From contig OX597820.1 in assembly GCA_951406725.2 (NCBI GenBank), positions 125,054,001 through 125,118,000 on the forward strand: a stretch of DNA of 64,000 bases, given 5' to 3'. This document shows, in pieces, positions 40,268-53,555 of the stretch; the first letter of the stretch is position 1, and each line of letters begins with the position of its first letter. The position numbers and the translations under genes are program-made. Under the pieces are notes generated by a model. The model did not search any database. It was not told where the DNA came from and worked only from the letters and a program-made list of their open reading frames with translations. Origin of the DNA: Octopus vulgaris. Lineage: Eukaryota.

Positions 40268-42793
40268 GAATAATTATAGCGATACAGAATATGGTGATTT
40301 CTTCAATCTCAAGAATTATTTCCTCTTTTTTTTACAAATATATACTCCGTATTTTTACTATTTAAACGACCTAAACGGGTTTCTACTGCGCAAAGTAAGG
40401 GAAATTACACACGTAATTGTTTGTTAGTAAAGGTTTAGCGGGAAGTAGTGAGGAGTTGTTTCGAAACTGAAATCTGATCTGCTTGTAAGCTTGTGCAGCA
40501 GTATATATAAATGCACAATTATTATACTGGTTTATAGTCTTATTTCATAATCGATTCCTTTAAATATTATCTCAGTAATTTCTCATTTTATGCTCGAAAT
40601 AACATGAAATGAGATAACATCTCTAAGAATGACTGGTGCCAGTTCGTTTATATTTCAGAAAATATAAAATTTATATGTGCATATTTAAGTCATTAACTTG
40701 AAAATTGTTAATATTGTAAAATATTTTTAAAATCATAATACATATTCCAAAATGTTTCCTGCAAACTATCCGCTGTAAAAGCATGTGTATAAATTGGGAT
40801 TAATTATATGGTCTAGATCATTATTCAAACGTGTATATGAGTTATATTTTCTCATCCTTTTCCTGTCGTTTATAACTATGTTGCTTCGTGGTAAATTGAT
40901 GAATCAAACTTAATGGAAATTATTCCCAAATATTTTCTACAGAAAGTGAGGTTTATATTAGCACAACATTATAACCTTCGATGCAGATTGACTTAATGAA
41001 TATTTATAGATTCGGGTTTAAAATGTAAATGCTAAGGTAATGATAGTTGCATCACTAGCATTTCACAATTATGAGGAAATGAAAATATAGTTGATATCTG
41101 ATACATATACGACCAAAATAGGCACCAGATTGCAATTATCATAATGTCATGCATTTAAATCCTGTCATTTTAGCATGAGTGCATGGAAGAGAATGATAAT
41201 TTGAATAAATGAAAGAGTTGGTCAAAACGGAAATAACAGTCACTCACTTTATTTTATACTAATCAGTTGGGGAGATCGCGAAGATGAGACGCAAATAAGA
41301 TAGCTAGCGGAGGCAGGCTTTGGTCTATTTCAGTTACACCGAATATTATGTCTTTATTTCAAAATATATTTTATGGAATTAAAATTAAGGCTTCTTTTAT
41401 AATTTGCATCTCAATCGAAGCTATGTACAAAATGGTCACATCCTCAATGAAAAAGAAAAGCATTCTAACGTCATCGCTTGATTTTAATTACATGCAGTGT
41501 TACATCGTACGGCTTCTGTAATATGTTTAATATTACGTAGAAATTGAAGCCCAAATCAATCAGACAGAATGCAGTACCACTTAACCACAGAGCAATCTAA
41601 TGGTAAGCTAACATGTTTCTTCTACTAACTTCATTTAAAACTGAAAACTAATGATATTATCCATAAACAGTTCGCTGTTCGAAATAATGATTAGGAATAA
41701 GAATCAGTAATTGCTTAATCCTTAATTATAATTCATTTTAATTGATATTAGAGCTAACCAAATTCTATTTTCACAAGAAGGAATATATTTAAATTTACTA
41801 TCTATGAGATCAAAATAAACTTCGTTAACATTAAGCTATGTTAAAGAAAATGTTTCCAATGTTATTGCTTTTTATTAGTATATATTGTTCATGATAATGA
41901 AACTGAATCACATAATCATCAGCATATATATAAGCAAAATCTTTTCGAGCTGATCGGATTGATTATATCAACTATGTAAAGACGTCACGCTTCTAACTCT
42001 GATTTCTCCACTTTGTTATAATTTTCTTACAGTATTTAAACTACTTACTTTAGTGACCTGTAAATCTAAATTTCTTTAATTTGCGCACTGCATCAACCCG
42101 ATAATAAACGGAAAAGTAATATGTAAGCACCAGAATAGACTCTAACGAGCAATAAAACGATGAAATACAAACATGAAAAGAAAGAGACATTTGTGCTAAC
42201 AAGTTACCAGCAGGCAGCCCCTTTTCTAGTGCTATACAATCACCGTAATAACCGAAAATATAATCGAAAATATATTCCTAGGCGTAGTGTTTAGATAAAA
42301 GGAATGTTCTCGTCTGCGACACAATTGACTATAGATCATTCAAATAACAGTTGATCTTTAGATGAACAACGACGAGGCAATGATTAAAGCACAATGGCAT
42401 TTAACTAAGCACTCGTCGGTATTGCAATCACAACTTTGTGTTATCAGTCCTTTCATAATTTACATCACCCACCAGGTTTTGCTGATAGCGTCGGGTAGAA
42501 GCAGAATGAACATTGAACAATAGTTTATCCTTTTGATATAGTTTATTATAGCACAATTATCATCGATTATTTGCTGAGACTTGTGTGTAAATAATATAAA
42601 ATATCTCATTGATGTATATGATGCTAGAAAGTTCATCGATATATTGAAAGTGCTCTTGGTACAGACTATATTAGTCATGATTACATGGTCTGTTAGTTAC
42701 TTAATTGTAATTATCAATTAAAATGCCGGTATATATTGTTCCTATAGTAATCTTAAAGTGTAATTGTAGCATGTTTATAATAAATGTCGAACA

Positions 42794-42933
42794 GACGCAG
42801 GAGACATGGTTCCGGGTTCATTCCCGCTGCATGGCACCTTGGGCAAGTGTCTCCTACTATAGCTTGGGGCCGGCCAAAGTCTTATGAGTGGATTTGGTAG
42901 ACGGAGGCTGAAAGAAGCCCGCCGTATATACGC

Positions 42934-43029
<96 letters not shown>

Positions 43030-43171
43030 TTGTATATATGTTTGTGTGTCTGTGTTTGCCCCCACCCCAAAAATCACTTGATAACCGATGGTGGTGCGTT
43101 TAAATCCGCGTAAGTCTGCGGTTAGGAGAAATAGACCAATATAATAAGTACTAGGCTTCCAAAGAATAAAT
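42794..43171 (+). mobile_element. family-2 SINE with internal (TA)n
   Basis: Collinear with 5164-5530 (CATGGTTCCGGGTTCA, GGCACCTTGGGCAAGTGTC, GAGTGGATTTGGTAGACGGA, GAAAGAAGCCCG). Confidence 0.9.
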
Positions 43172-43935
43172 GGGAAAATGGCAGTATAATTAAAATGAAC
43201 TTTCATTTATTGTGTAGTACTCGATTAACAATAACCGCTTTACATGTCTTTATGCATGCTTCACTAAAAACATACCATCACAGTTTTAAGCAAGTGATCG
43301 AATAAGATTATCGAGTATGAGGTAAGCAAAATTGGAATAAATGAGAGTGATTCATTTGCTAGCTTGATTTTATTATAACCAACGTTATAAATTTAGATTG
43401 CTGGCTAAGTATAATACGAGGTGTTTGAAGAATATATTTGCTAATATAATGTCACGTTCCTTCCATATTTGTGTGGATAACAAAATTTGAATACCTTCTC
43501 CTGGATATTTAGAGTCTTTAATAATACGGAGATGGTGAATACCCGTAAATACTTCGATTGCAGGTTATTTAGACCTTGCCGATTACAGAATGAATGCTTG
43601 CTGTCTAATTAAATCATCTATCTTTTCCTTTTGCTTTGGTCTGTGCGATTTCTTCCATGAATTTTGCTAAAGATTTAATATCCACATGGCCAACAAAGCA
43701 GATGTGACTTTCTCAGCTCAAATGTGCTACACTGTGCAAGATATCCGGCAATCCATGTACTACTAGTATGTTTAGTACTTTGACTGTCATGGGACTATAA
43801 TAGTATATAAACAAGATAATATATATCTGCCTCTGCTTCAACCTCTCGGAAATTTGGACTATCATATGCATGTGTGTGTAAGTGTGTGAATGTATGCGTG
43901 TATGTATGTATGTATGTATGTATGTTTATTTGTAT

Positions 43936-44330
43936 GTCATTATTCGGTTTATTTCAAGAATTATTGTCAATAGGGAGAGAGCCGGTTCATAACCTAGACT
44001 CATGGCTCCTTCAATGAAATCTCAACAGCAACGACGGGGTATTTTTGAATGTATATGCAGTATTTGGAGTCAGTGTACATGCAGATTTGTATATAATGTT
44101 TTATGTATATTTTGTCATGCATATAGTTGCCTGCTTAGACATGCGCATATATACGGAAATGATAAACTTCATGAAGGTTTTACAGATTTTTACTGTTCCA
44201 GTGATGGCTTGTGTCTGTAGTCTTGGAAATAAGTTTCAAGAAGGCCAATTTCCCAAGATTGGTATGTTGCTAGTACCGCCAAATTACAGGTATAAACCAG
44301 AACTTGTAATCTGGGTAGAGTACATATAAG
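43936..44330 (-). mobile_element. RLE non-LTR retrotransposon extreme 3' end plus UTR
   Basis: Minus-strand translation LYPDYKFWFIPVI...NLGKL...RLQTQAITGTVKICKTFMKF resembles R4/NeSL-type C-termini. Confidence 0.65.
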
Positions 44331-44338
44331 TATAGACT

Positions 44339-44380
<42 letters not shown>

Positions 44381-44998
44381 CACACATATATATATATGTA
44401 CATATATGTGTATGTATATATTTATTCAGTGATTATATAATGTTTATATATGGTGAGAGGTCATTCATATACACATGTTTTTGTAGAATCTTCGAAGGAT
44501 TCAACATAGTTCGATAAAATGTTTGAATTTTATAATACTTTAGCCTTTTACAGATGTTAAACGAAATCAGATTTTTACATAACCAAGCTGGAAAGGTCAT
44601 ATGACTCAAGTGTATTGACTAATGATGTAGGCAGCTGCTATTTTCTAGGTTAGAATACTCTCCTCATATTGTATGTGGAAGCTACATTTGAAGTATAAAG
44701 TGAATCAAATTTTAAATGACATACTGTCCAACTCAATTTATTTTTCCGCTTTATCATTCGTCTCCTCCATTACTTCAGTTATTTTCTAAACTTGATTTTT
44801 TTTGCCATCTTTCAATTTGATGCTACTAGTTTGTCTTTCATTTTTTTTTTCGACATTTGAAATATTTGCTACTGTGCTTTGTCATTAAAATGCAATTTTC
44901 AATATCGAAGAAAATCTTAAATATTCATATCTACCAAATCCAGTAATTAATGAGAATAATTACTTGGGTCGAAGGGAAAACCCAATTCATTATAAGTA

Positions 44999-45030
<32 letters not shown>

Positions 45031-45369
45031 TTGTGTGTGTGTGTGTTTATGTGTGTGTATGTGCGTGCGTGTGTGTGTATGCATGTATATGTGAGAGTTT
45101 GCGTTTGTTAGTTCGTGTGTGTTCAGGAATATTGAAAATATAAAAATACCACGTATATATACCTAAACACAACTTATGCGCTACTATATATACGTGTTCA
45201 CACATATAGGAATACAATGATATAACCTTTGCATGTAAGCATACAAACACACGCATAAACAAACATACACATACACACACGCACAGACGCACATATACAC
45301 ACACATCTCACTTCTAATTGGTTCCATTAGTGAACTGGAAAATTACTCAGGCAAAACTTTGGGTATTTT

Positions 45370-45495
45370 AGTGAAATTGATTTTAGTCAACGTCCCCAGC
45401 ACTTATATTTAAAGCGTAGTATATATTTCATCTCTCTCTTATGCTGAACCACATGGGCTCTGGAACGTAAATCAATCAACGTCGGTTCTCAAAGG
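45370..45495 (-). mobile_element. highly decayed family-2 SINE tail
   Basis: TTTAGTCAACGTCCCCAGCACTTAT..TGCTGAACC..ACGTAAA..CAACGTCGGTTCTCAA resembles the antisense family-2 tail. Confidence 0.5.
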
Positions 45496-48400
45496 TAATG
45501 CAGTTTTGTTTATATTCGATGTTGGTACTTATAGTAAACAGGCGTATATTAGACAAATATTTCGATCCAACTGCTTGCTCTTTGATTTTCAGACAACGTA
45601 TATCATTTTAAAGCTGTTGATGCCGCTCGAGTTAATGGTACTGTCCAGGTGACGAAACAATAATGATAGCAGCTAGGCAGCTGATGATGGGAAAGCATGT
45701 TTCATATTACTGTAAATATTTTATATATTGGGCTATCGTTATTTTGAGTACTTCATTTGCGTCAGAATTAACATGTTTTGGAGTTTTGGTCTATGGTAAT
45801 TAAATTATATTGGTATCCTTTCATTGATTTCGTGGGTAATCTTATCAGGTTGGGATAATAATCAACGGTTAATAGTTTTGGAAGATTCTGTAGCACACAC
45901 GCACAGATATCCTCCACATTTGTATACTTATATCGAATTAACTTAGAAGCCTTTGGTCGGTCGGTACTACTATAATAAAAGACACTTCTTCATGGTGCCG
46001 CGCTGTGCGAATGAACATGAAACCACGTAGATCCAAAGTAAGGTACTTAGAAACACAAACGTTCCTACACAAATATGAATGTATATATATGTATGTATAT
46101 GCAGATTGATAAGAGAAATTAAAATTTCCAGTATTGATACTAATACGTTTTGAATTCCCTTCACTTTTATGAATACATACCAAATGTAATGTTCTAGGAG
46201 GACTCCATCATAATATTTTGTTTTCAGTTTCAACCTATTACATATTTAATATTGTACATGTCCGTATAAGTTCAATTCTTTAACGTTTCTTTTCACCGAG
46301 GCTCATTGGTACCTGAAACATTTTTTCGGGCAGAAAACATATTATATAATTAGTCATTTATATCCCGAGTTCAAATACGGTGTAGTTGTTTTTGCTCGAC
46401 ATAATGAGAGCGGTCCATGAAATATTTGTTACCTGAAAGACATATCATATGCACCTAAAATGTAAAACGGATTGCAATTTCTTAAATCTGTATCTAAATT
46501 TATTCTCGTTTCGTGGTTTCATGTTGAAATATTTAAACCAAATAATAAGTAAATCAAAGCTAAATTGTGTAGCCTCCTGGCTGAGGTGTTTGAGATGCGT
46601 GGATTTCCCAGTTCATGAGCCAGCTGTCGTGTTGCATTCTTTGCCATCTCATAACGCTGCAACCAGATCTGCTGAAAATGTGGACCAGGCGAGTACGTGT
46701 CAACCTCTCGTCTGTCTGTCTGGTTGCCTGTCTTTTCCTCTCCCCCGCGCTCTCTCACTCTCTCTTTCCAGCTGACATATCTCGGTGTGAGTTCGAGTTA
46801 CAAGAGATTGGAGAGAAGTTTATCTTTATCTGTTCGCGACTACATAGGCAACTAAAACTTTAGTCATAACAATACATATCTAGAAATATTTGCTCGAAGC
46901 TATCGCTTGGCTTTAGATCAATGAAGCAGGTATTTCGTTCGATTAACTTATTGAAAAATTTAAAAAAATCATGAATGCTTTATTTATTTGTTTCTTTGTT
47001 TCTTTCTTTATTTATTTAATTTTGCTTGGAATGAATTTATCTAGCAGTGAGTCAAATTTAAGTAATTTGTCCCAAAGGAATATATATACATTTACCATTT
47101 AGTAGAACAATACCTGTATATTTCTGTCGATGACCATAAAAAAATAGCCATACTCAAAAATTCAACCGCTTGACTAGGCTCAGTAATCCTGAAAAACGCC
47201 CGAATGACCATTCAAATGAATAGGAAATTTCGCGACACCAACGCGTTGACCTAATCAACCATCCTTATAGACATTCCCAGGTACTCGAATTTCCTCGCTT
47301 CACTCTCTGCTTAGGTATAAAAGGGCAATGCGAATAACATTGCTAAGGTCACGCGATTCCAGAAGATGCTACTTCACTATGATCATCAATAACATTCTTT
47401 CGTTATAGTCTGTCATATCAGAGCTAACCGAGGGCTATAGAGCAACACGAATACAAAAAATGGGCAGAACATATAGGTTTTCACTTATGCAGAGTACTAT
47501 ATTTTGGAATCTAAAATAAAATCCTTAGCTATGAGTAACCATAATATATTTCTAAGGATATCGCATTTATATTAGGCTTTATATTCCTCTATACAATATC
47601 AACAATGATGTGAGAATTAAACCAACATTTTATGTATCACTTTACACTATAATTATAATCAGATCATTCTTACAATCTCTGAATAAACTGTCACCATTCG
47701 TTTGGACGTGTTCTGTTACGGAACGTAATAAGCAACGCAGAGAATAAAGATTTCAACTATAAAAGTCACACTGATGACAAAAAAAAAGACAATGACGACG
47801 ACAACGATATTTGTGATCCTCATAACTCATCGCCGCACGCATTTTGTATTAGCTTCTTATCGGCATTGTTGAAAGCCTTTTCAACGATTTATATCGTGTC
47901 CACATGACAATGGGTGAAGCAAATTACAATACTCTTTAAAAATAGATATACTTCCATTGACAAAACTATACTGTTGGCAATGAGCTGCATTGAGTGATAT
48001 TGAGAAAATTCAAAGAACCTTTTGTTAGCTGACTTATGCTGATTCAAAGCGTACAGTATTTTACTTCAAGATATTTTGTTCACAAACATATTTATGAATA
48101 CAAATTTGGTGTGGAATATTCATTGATATTCAATTAGATTTGTTAACTGTCTTCTGATAATAAAGATCTGCGTACTATGTAACGATTATAACAATATTAA
48201 TCCGGCCATGATGACACCTATGGCAACATTGATGTATAATATATTTTGATGAACATGGTACTTTCACTTCTAGGAATTATCATTGTATGCATACAACTTA
48301 CTGGAATCTTATACAAATGGAAATGAAATAACACAAATTCAGTAGTATTAGTTATGGTTACTATTGAGTTGATGCTATAGAATTGGCATCATCGTTGCTA

Positions 48401-50413
48401 CAAATTTCTGCATTCTCAATAGTAATTGTTAGAATTATTTTGTATATCCGATGGCATTAATCTCAGCGTCTGTATGAAATAAGCTAACTGAACACTATTC
48501 AATATATAGCAATGGATATGCAGTGTGAAAAATACGAACGTGTAGGATGAAGATAATGGCTTGACGTTTTATTGTTGGTAACCATTTCTCTGTTACTCTT
48601 TTATATGTAACTCTAGAATTAAACAAATTAATTCCAAAAGGCATTATTAAAAAAAAAGTATTCGTTAGACTAAAAATGTAGATGAAGTATTATCGCATGT
48701 AGACAGAGCTCTTTCCTTGCAGTTAAATAATGTCTAGGAAAGAGAACTTACTCATAGATCAGGCCATCAAAGAAAAAATAACGGTTTACAAAGATTGATA
48801 AATAGAAGAAAAGGAAAACTGAATCGACTTTGCAATATCCAATTGAAAGATATCATGCAAGATGATGGTAAAAAAAGTGTAATATAAAATGCTGCTCAAT
48901 GTAGCAAAAGAACAAAGCAATGAAAATTCAATTGCAAATTGTAAAGAAACTCTACTTCTGAATAACTACGTCAAAAATAAAATTGTTGTAAAGAAGAGAT
49001 ATGTCATTCATACTATAGCTCAAACATGACAAGTCAGATATAAACAAATAAATACAACATTGGGTTTCCATGGTGATGTTTCCAACACAAAATAAGGGCG
49101 AAGTAAATATAATTGGTAAAGAGTGTTGAATCGGGAAGGGTGAAAAGGAAAGAAAAATACTCGTGGTTTTTCTTAGAAGAAACTACACATAAATCGAATA
49201 TTTATTTGTAGTCAAGATTTATATCAGATTTATATAGATACTGAAACGTAAGGAAATAAGAGAATATATACAATACTTCTTGGCACTTTTCATTCCTGTA
49301 GTAGATTTTTTCAAAGATATAATAATAGTAATTTTAATGTGGCAAAAGATCTCTCGTAGAAAGCCTTTTAACTAGTTAGCATTCAGGAAAGACGTGCAGG
49401 TAGTGGAATGGAGCACCACCTCCTCTCTTGAATACAAACAAAACCAATAATGATTAACTGGATTTATAGCTTATTTCGATATATAGCTTTGCTTTTGAAA
49501 ATGTAGATCTATGCATTTTATACTAACTATTGGTATATGCATTATGAAACATAACCTGGGAATTAAAATAAAATGCTATCAAAATGTAGAAATAAAAGTA
49601 TTTCATTGAGGTATACATTTAGAAGGAACATGCATGAGTCTTTCATTTTGGTAAGTTCATTATCAAATCACAGAGAGAAGCCGATTCTCTACTCGTTCTG
49701 ACAAACATCGATACTATATACATATCTATATCATACTAAAATTCTAATTTTGTCTGTTTCCCTGTCCTTTGATGAACATGATAAATATTACAAATAAAAT
49801 AATCAAATCCCCATTTAAGAAAAAACAATCAAGTTTTTAAAAAATATGCGGCGGTGGCACTTCAAAGAGTCGTTGCAGCTGCCACTGTTTTCCTTATTTC
49901 TTTCTTTCTATTTTCTTATCTTAATCATTTGTACAACTTTGAAATTTATTTCCTTCTTCTTAAAGGGAAATTTACTTTGCTTTCTGTTTTTTCCTCCCTT
50001 AATCTGTATTTGCTTTGTGAAAACTTTTGGTCTCTAGTTTCTCCCTGTGCTGTCGGATGGCTTCTATAGGTATAACATGGAGTTTGAAATAAGCAGATTT
50101 GAAAGGGATTCTCTGTCCGTTTTTCTTCCCTTCTATTAAGTTAATAAAGGACAATAATTTAAATAAATTAGTATTGTTTTCCTTTGCCGCGATATTTCCA
50201 ACTTCAAATGGTTGTGGCCCAAAGGTCTGCTGGTATATCTAGAAATATATATAAACAAGCACCACCGCCATTTTTCTTTAGATATATGCATTTTTTACAC
50301 AGCATAATTTTGCGTTGTTAGCTAAATTATCGCTAATTTTAATCGTATTGAATTTTCCCACTTCGTTTCCCTTTTTATCAATCTTTTTTCTTCCATTTCA
50401 TTCATTTACGCTT

Positions 50414-50498
50414 CTGTGGTTGTGTAGTTAGTAGCTTGCTTACGAACCCCATGGTTCCAGGTTCATTCCAACTGCGCGGTTTACTTGGGCAAGTGTCT

Positions 50499-50499
<1 letters not shown>
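50414..50499 (+). mobile_element. family-2 SINE head, truncated
   Basis: GTGGTTGTGTAGTTAGTAGCTTGCTTACGAACCCCATGGTTCCAGGTTCA...CTTGGGCAAGTGTCTT. Confidence 0.8.
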
Positions 50500-50534
<35 letters not shown>

Positions 50535-50537
<3 letters not shown>

Positions 50538-50760
50538 CGGAGATGTACTCGCATAGCAAGTAATTTGATCTGAGATCGTGTGCTGAAACGAAAACAATTG
50601 CAGCGTGGGAGGTGTTTATAAGCCATTTAAGAAACACACAAAAGCCGTTCAATTCACTCCAACATTTAAGTTTAATTTGTCAAAATATTTTCGTCGCTAA
50701 AATCCGCGACCTGTTCACTGACAAAGTCCGTGCTGCATCTAAGAAAGTAACAGTTAGTTC
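50535..50760 (-). mobile_element. about 200-bp HHR-bearing repeat (GUGAAC-core family), better-preserved copy
   Basis: Homologous to 34560-34752; bounded by microsatellites. Confidence 0.85.
50676..50725 (-). ncRNA. minimal type I hammerhead with G3-C8 core variant
   Basis: Minus strand: TTTGTCA-GTGAACA-G-GTCGC GGATTTTA GCGAC-GAAA-ATAT-TT-TGACAAA. Perfect 7-bp stem I, perfect 5-bp stem II, palindromic stem III. Confidence 0.75.
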
Positions 50761-51572
50761 GTCATATATATGTATGTACGTATGTATGTGTGTATGTATG
50801 CATACATGTGTGTATGTATGTACGTATTCATGTCCGCACATACGCCTGTGTATGCATGTATGTATGTATGTATGTATGTATGTATGTATGTATGTATGTA
50901 TGTATATATGTATGTGTGTGTATAAGCACGCACATACACTCTATAAAACATAAAGTTATAAACCTGTAGCGATGGATGGATGTAGAGTGACCACTCATCA
51001 CAACGCTATCAAATTTTCAACTCCCTACGGCCAAGGCTAGAAAGTGAATTTATGACGCTTGCTCACAAGAACTATACCCTAAAATCTATTATCAGATTTT
51101 TATCTCTATATCACAGAACTAATGTTTTACTATTGTTCGTATGTATGTATGTATGTGCGTATGTATGTATGTATGTATGTATGTATGTATGTATGTATGT
51201 ACATACGTACGCATGTGCGTATGTATGTATACGCGCCCGTATGCATGTGCCCATGTATGTGTGTGTGTACATGTACGTGCGTATGTACGTGTGTATGCCC
51301 ATACGTAGGTATGTATGTATGTTTGTATTCATGTGCTACGTATGTATGTGAGTGTCTAGGAGAATGGGCAGATGTGTCCGTGAGAGTGTGTACATGTGTA
51401 TGTGTATGTGAACGTATGTCCGTGTACTGGCATGTGTCCGTCCAAGTTGTGTACATGACTGTTACTTAGCTGAAGGTTGTATACATATTTACATATATGT
51501 TTGTATAGACGCACATATATATATATATGTGTGTGTGGGTGTGTGTTTGTTCCTCTCATCATCGTCTAACCG

Positions 51573-52850
51573 TGAATGGGTACAACGCCTAGGTGCAACT
51601 GTTCGTATCAAACAACGTCTGCTCATACCGTTGTATATAACTGCACATACGCATTGCAACCTGTATGTAAGGACTACAGGTGAAAGGGAGAGAGAGAGAG
51701 GGGTGGTTATAGAATAGTCCTTCTGAATGGGATCTGGATGTTATTCCATTCGGACTTTCGGTTGAGAGTAGGTTTGTATTCTTGTATACAAACAGCTTCT
51801 GTGACCTGTCTCAACATTGCATCGGTGGGATGTGTAGATAGGATGTTCAACTTAAGCTCCCCTAAGGATCCCTTGTGGCAGTCTACAGCATGTTGGTAGA
51901 AGATGGTGTTTGGCTTCCTTTCAATGTAGTTGTCCAGGTGTTCTTTGAACCTATCATTGATGCTTCTAGAGGTCTCACCTATGTATGACTCCGGGTTAGC
52001 CGCGCAAGCTCCCTCCTGGCACTTAATCTGGTATACAGTGCCCTTGGTTTTACAATTTACGTGTGGATTTGTCGAACACACTGCACAATTACTCTGACAG
52101 GTGATTCTATCAAATGGATATGATCTGCATAATGCCGATTTGATAGTCCTACCTGTCTTTTCTACAACTTTAACTTTTAGGCCCGTAGTGCGCAGGACTT
52201 TCTTGAATGCCTTACTTAGCTCGTTCATAGGTGTGGCGTCAACGAACATCACTCCGTGAAATCTCCTGTTATCGTACCAAGTAACGTTTCTCATCTTCTT
52301 GTTGGTGTCCCTCTCTAACCTATTCCAGAACTTGTTGCGGTACAGGGGGCATATACCGTTTTCGTCGTTCCCTAGAATGCGTTCGAATCTAGCTTTCGCT
52401 CCTTTGTACACCCTGACTCTATCGTCTTGTGTGTATCCGGAACGTTGCATTCGGAATATGTAGTGCTGGATGTGTTGTTGTCGTTCTTGTGGTTGGCATA
52501 GTGGTGATACATTCCTCATTACTCTAACTAAGTCTGCCACTAGGATGTTGAGTTTGGCAGTATCCGACATAGCTGAGTCACTACGGATTACTAGTGGATT
52601 AGCCATCGGTTTCTGATAGTGTGAGTGGAGTATACATGGTTTAACGGTACCATTAACCATAGCGTCTTCCATCCATAGCTCAGTATCTAGGACGGGTAAT
52701 CGTTTACTGGGGTGTCTAGAGGGGTAGTCTATGGTAAGTTTTATACTGCTGTGGATAGAGTCAGCTATGTGTTGTATAGATGTCATCACCTGTTCTTCAC
52801 TTGGTAGAGGGCCCATAACTGTGTCTGTATTACATTTCACAACAAGGTTA
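51573..52850 (-). mobile_element. 5'-truncated Penelope-like retroelement (possibly Naiad clade)
   Basis: GC-richer island between microsatellites carrying the uninterrupted ORF below and a short 3' UTR with no HHR found. Confidence 0.92.
51707..52840 (-). CDS. PLE reverse transcriptase C-terminus/thumb plus GIY-YIG endonuclease (partial, 377 aa open)
   Basis: LPVLDTEL (LPFLD motif), HYQKPM, SGY, PLYRNKFW, CQSNCAVC..CKTKGTVYQIKCQEGAC...YIGETSRSINDRFKEH, H..DCH, RQVTEAVCI..LNRKSEW. Confidence 0.9.
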   Translation of the reverse strand: MKCNTDTVMGPLPSEEQVMTSIQHIADSIHSSIKLTIDYPSRHPSKRLPVLDTELWMEDAMVNGTVKPCILHSHYQKPMANPLVIRSDSAMSDTAKLNILVADLVRVMRNVSPLCQPQERQQHIQHYIFRMQRSGYTQDDRVRVYKGAKARFERILGNDENGICPLYRNKFWNRLERDTNKKMRNVTWYDNRRFHGVMFVDATPMNELSKAFKKVLRTTGLKVKVVEKTGRTIKSALCRSYPFDRITCQSNCAVCSTNPHVNCKTKGTVYQIKCQEGACAANPESYIGETSRSINDRFKEHLDNYIERKPNTIFYQHAVDCHKGSLGELKLNILSTHPTDAMLRQVTEAVCIQEYKPTLNRKSEWNNIQIPFRRTIL

Positions 52851-52887
52851 ATGTATATATATATATATATGTTTTATGTATGTATGT

Positions 52888-52978
52888 TTGTGTGTCTGTG
52901 TCTGTCTGTCCGCCCACCATCGCTTGACAACCGATGTTGGTGTGCTTACGTCTCCGTAATTTAGCGGTTCGGCAAAAG
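52888..52978 (+). mobile_element. family-2 SINE tail fragment
   Basis: CCATCGCTTGACAACCGATGTTGGTGTGCTTACGTCTCCGTAATTTAGCGGTTCGGCAAAAG matches 5430-5492. Confidence 0.85.
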
Positions 52979-53555
52979 TTTGCACATGGTGTCTAAAGTT
53001 TCTTAGGCAGCTTATTACACCTTCATTAAGTCATTCCAGTAGTTTATCGGTAATAGTTATCTAGAATATATACTCATCTTTACCCGCTATCAGTTTTTCT
53101 CTTCTCTGTCCACAACAACAAGGTTTAAAGGAATTTTATTGCCCCATCTTAAAATCGCTTACCCTTAGTCTCTTTAGTCCTCCTCCTCTCTACTTCTCTG
53201 CTTAGCTTCTCTTTCGTTCGACATAATGACATTCATAAGCACAGACACACAATTTATTTATTTCTAGTGCCACCGACCCATTATCTACTAGTTTCATTCG
53301 TGCTATGGATATTTGGTAAATCCTTTGTTCATCTCCACGCAACAATGTAAGGAACGTAATGGTAATAGGACGTGAAGGTTAGCTAAGCTGGTTTTACGTA
53401 TGTTACTCGTTGTGAAACCAATATCGTTTTCGCGGATCTGTTCAGTTTGGCGCATAGATTTTTAAATTAATTTTTTAACTAAACAGTTTGAAACTTCGTA
53501 TACTGGTGGAATATCTCACTCAGAACACGGTTCACTTTGAACATTTCTCACATAA

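Noticed and set aside
45610-45705. CTGATGA/GAAA words near 45.65-45.70 kb
   Set aside because: No workable stem II or stem III.
47860-49000. Possible very old transposase relic (similar texture at 2050-2950 and 32230-33050)
   Set aside because: No diagnostic motif recoverable by eye.
51543-51640. HHR or SECIS element in the PLE 3' UTR
   Set aside because: ATGATGAG comes from a SINE tail; the ATGA..TGAT hairpin is too short for a SECIS and the ORF fragment has no in-frame UGA.
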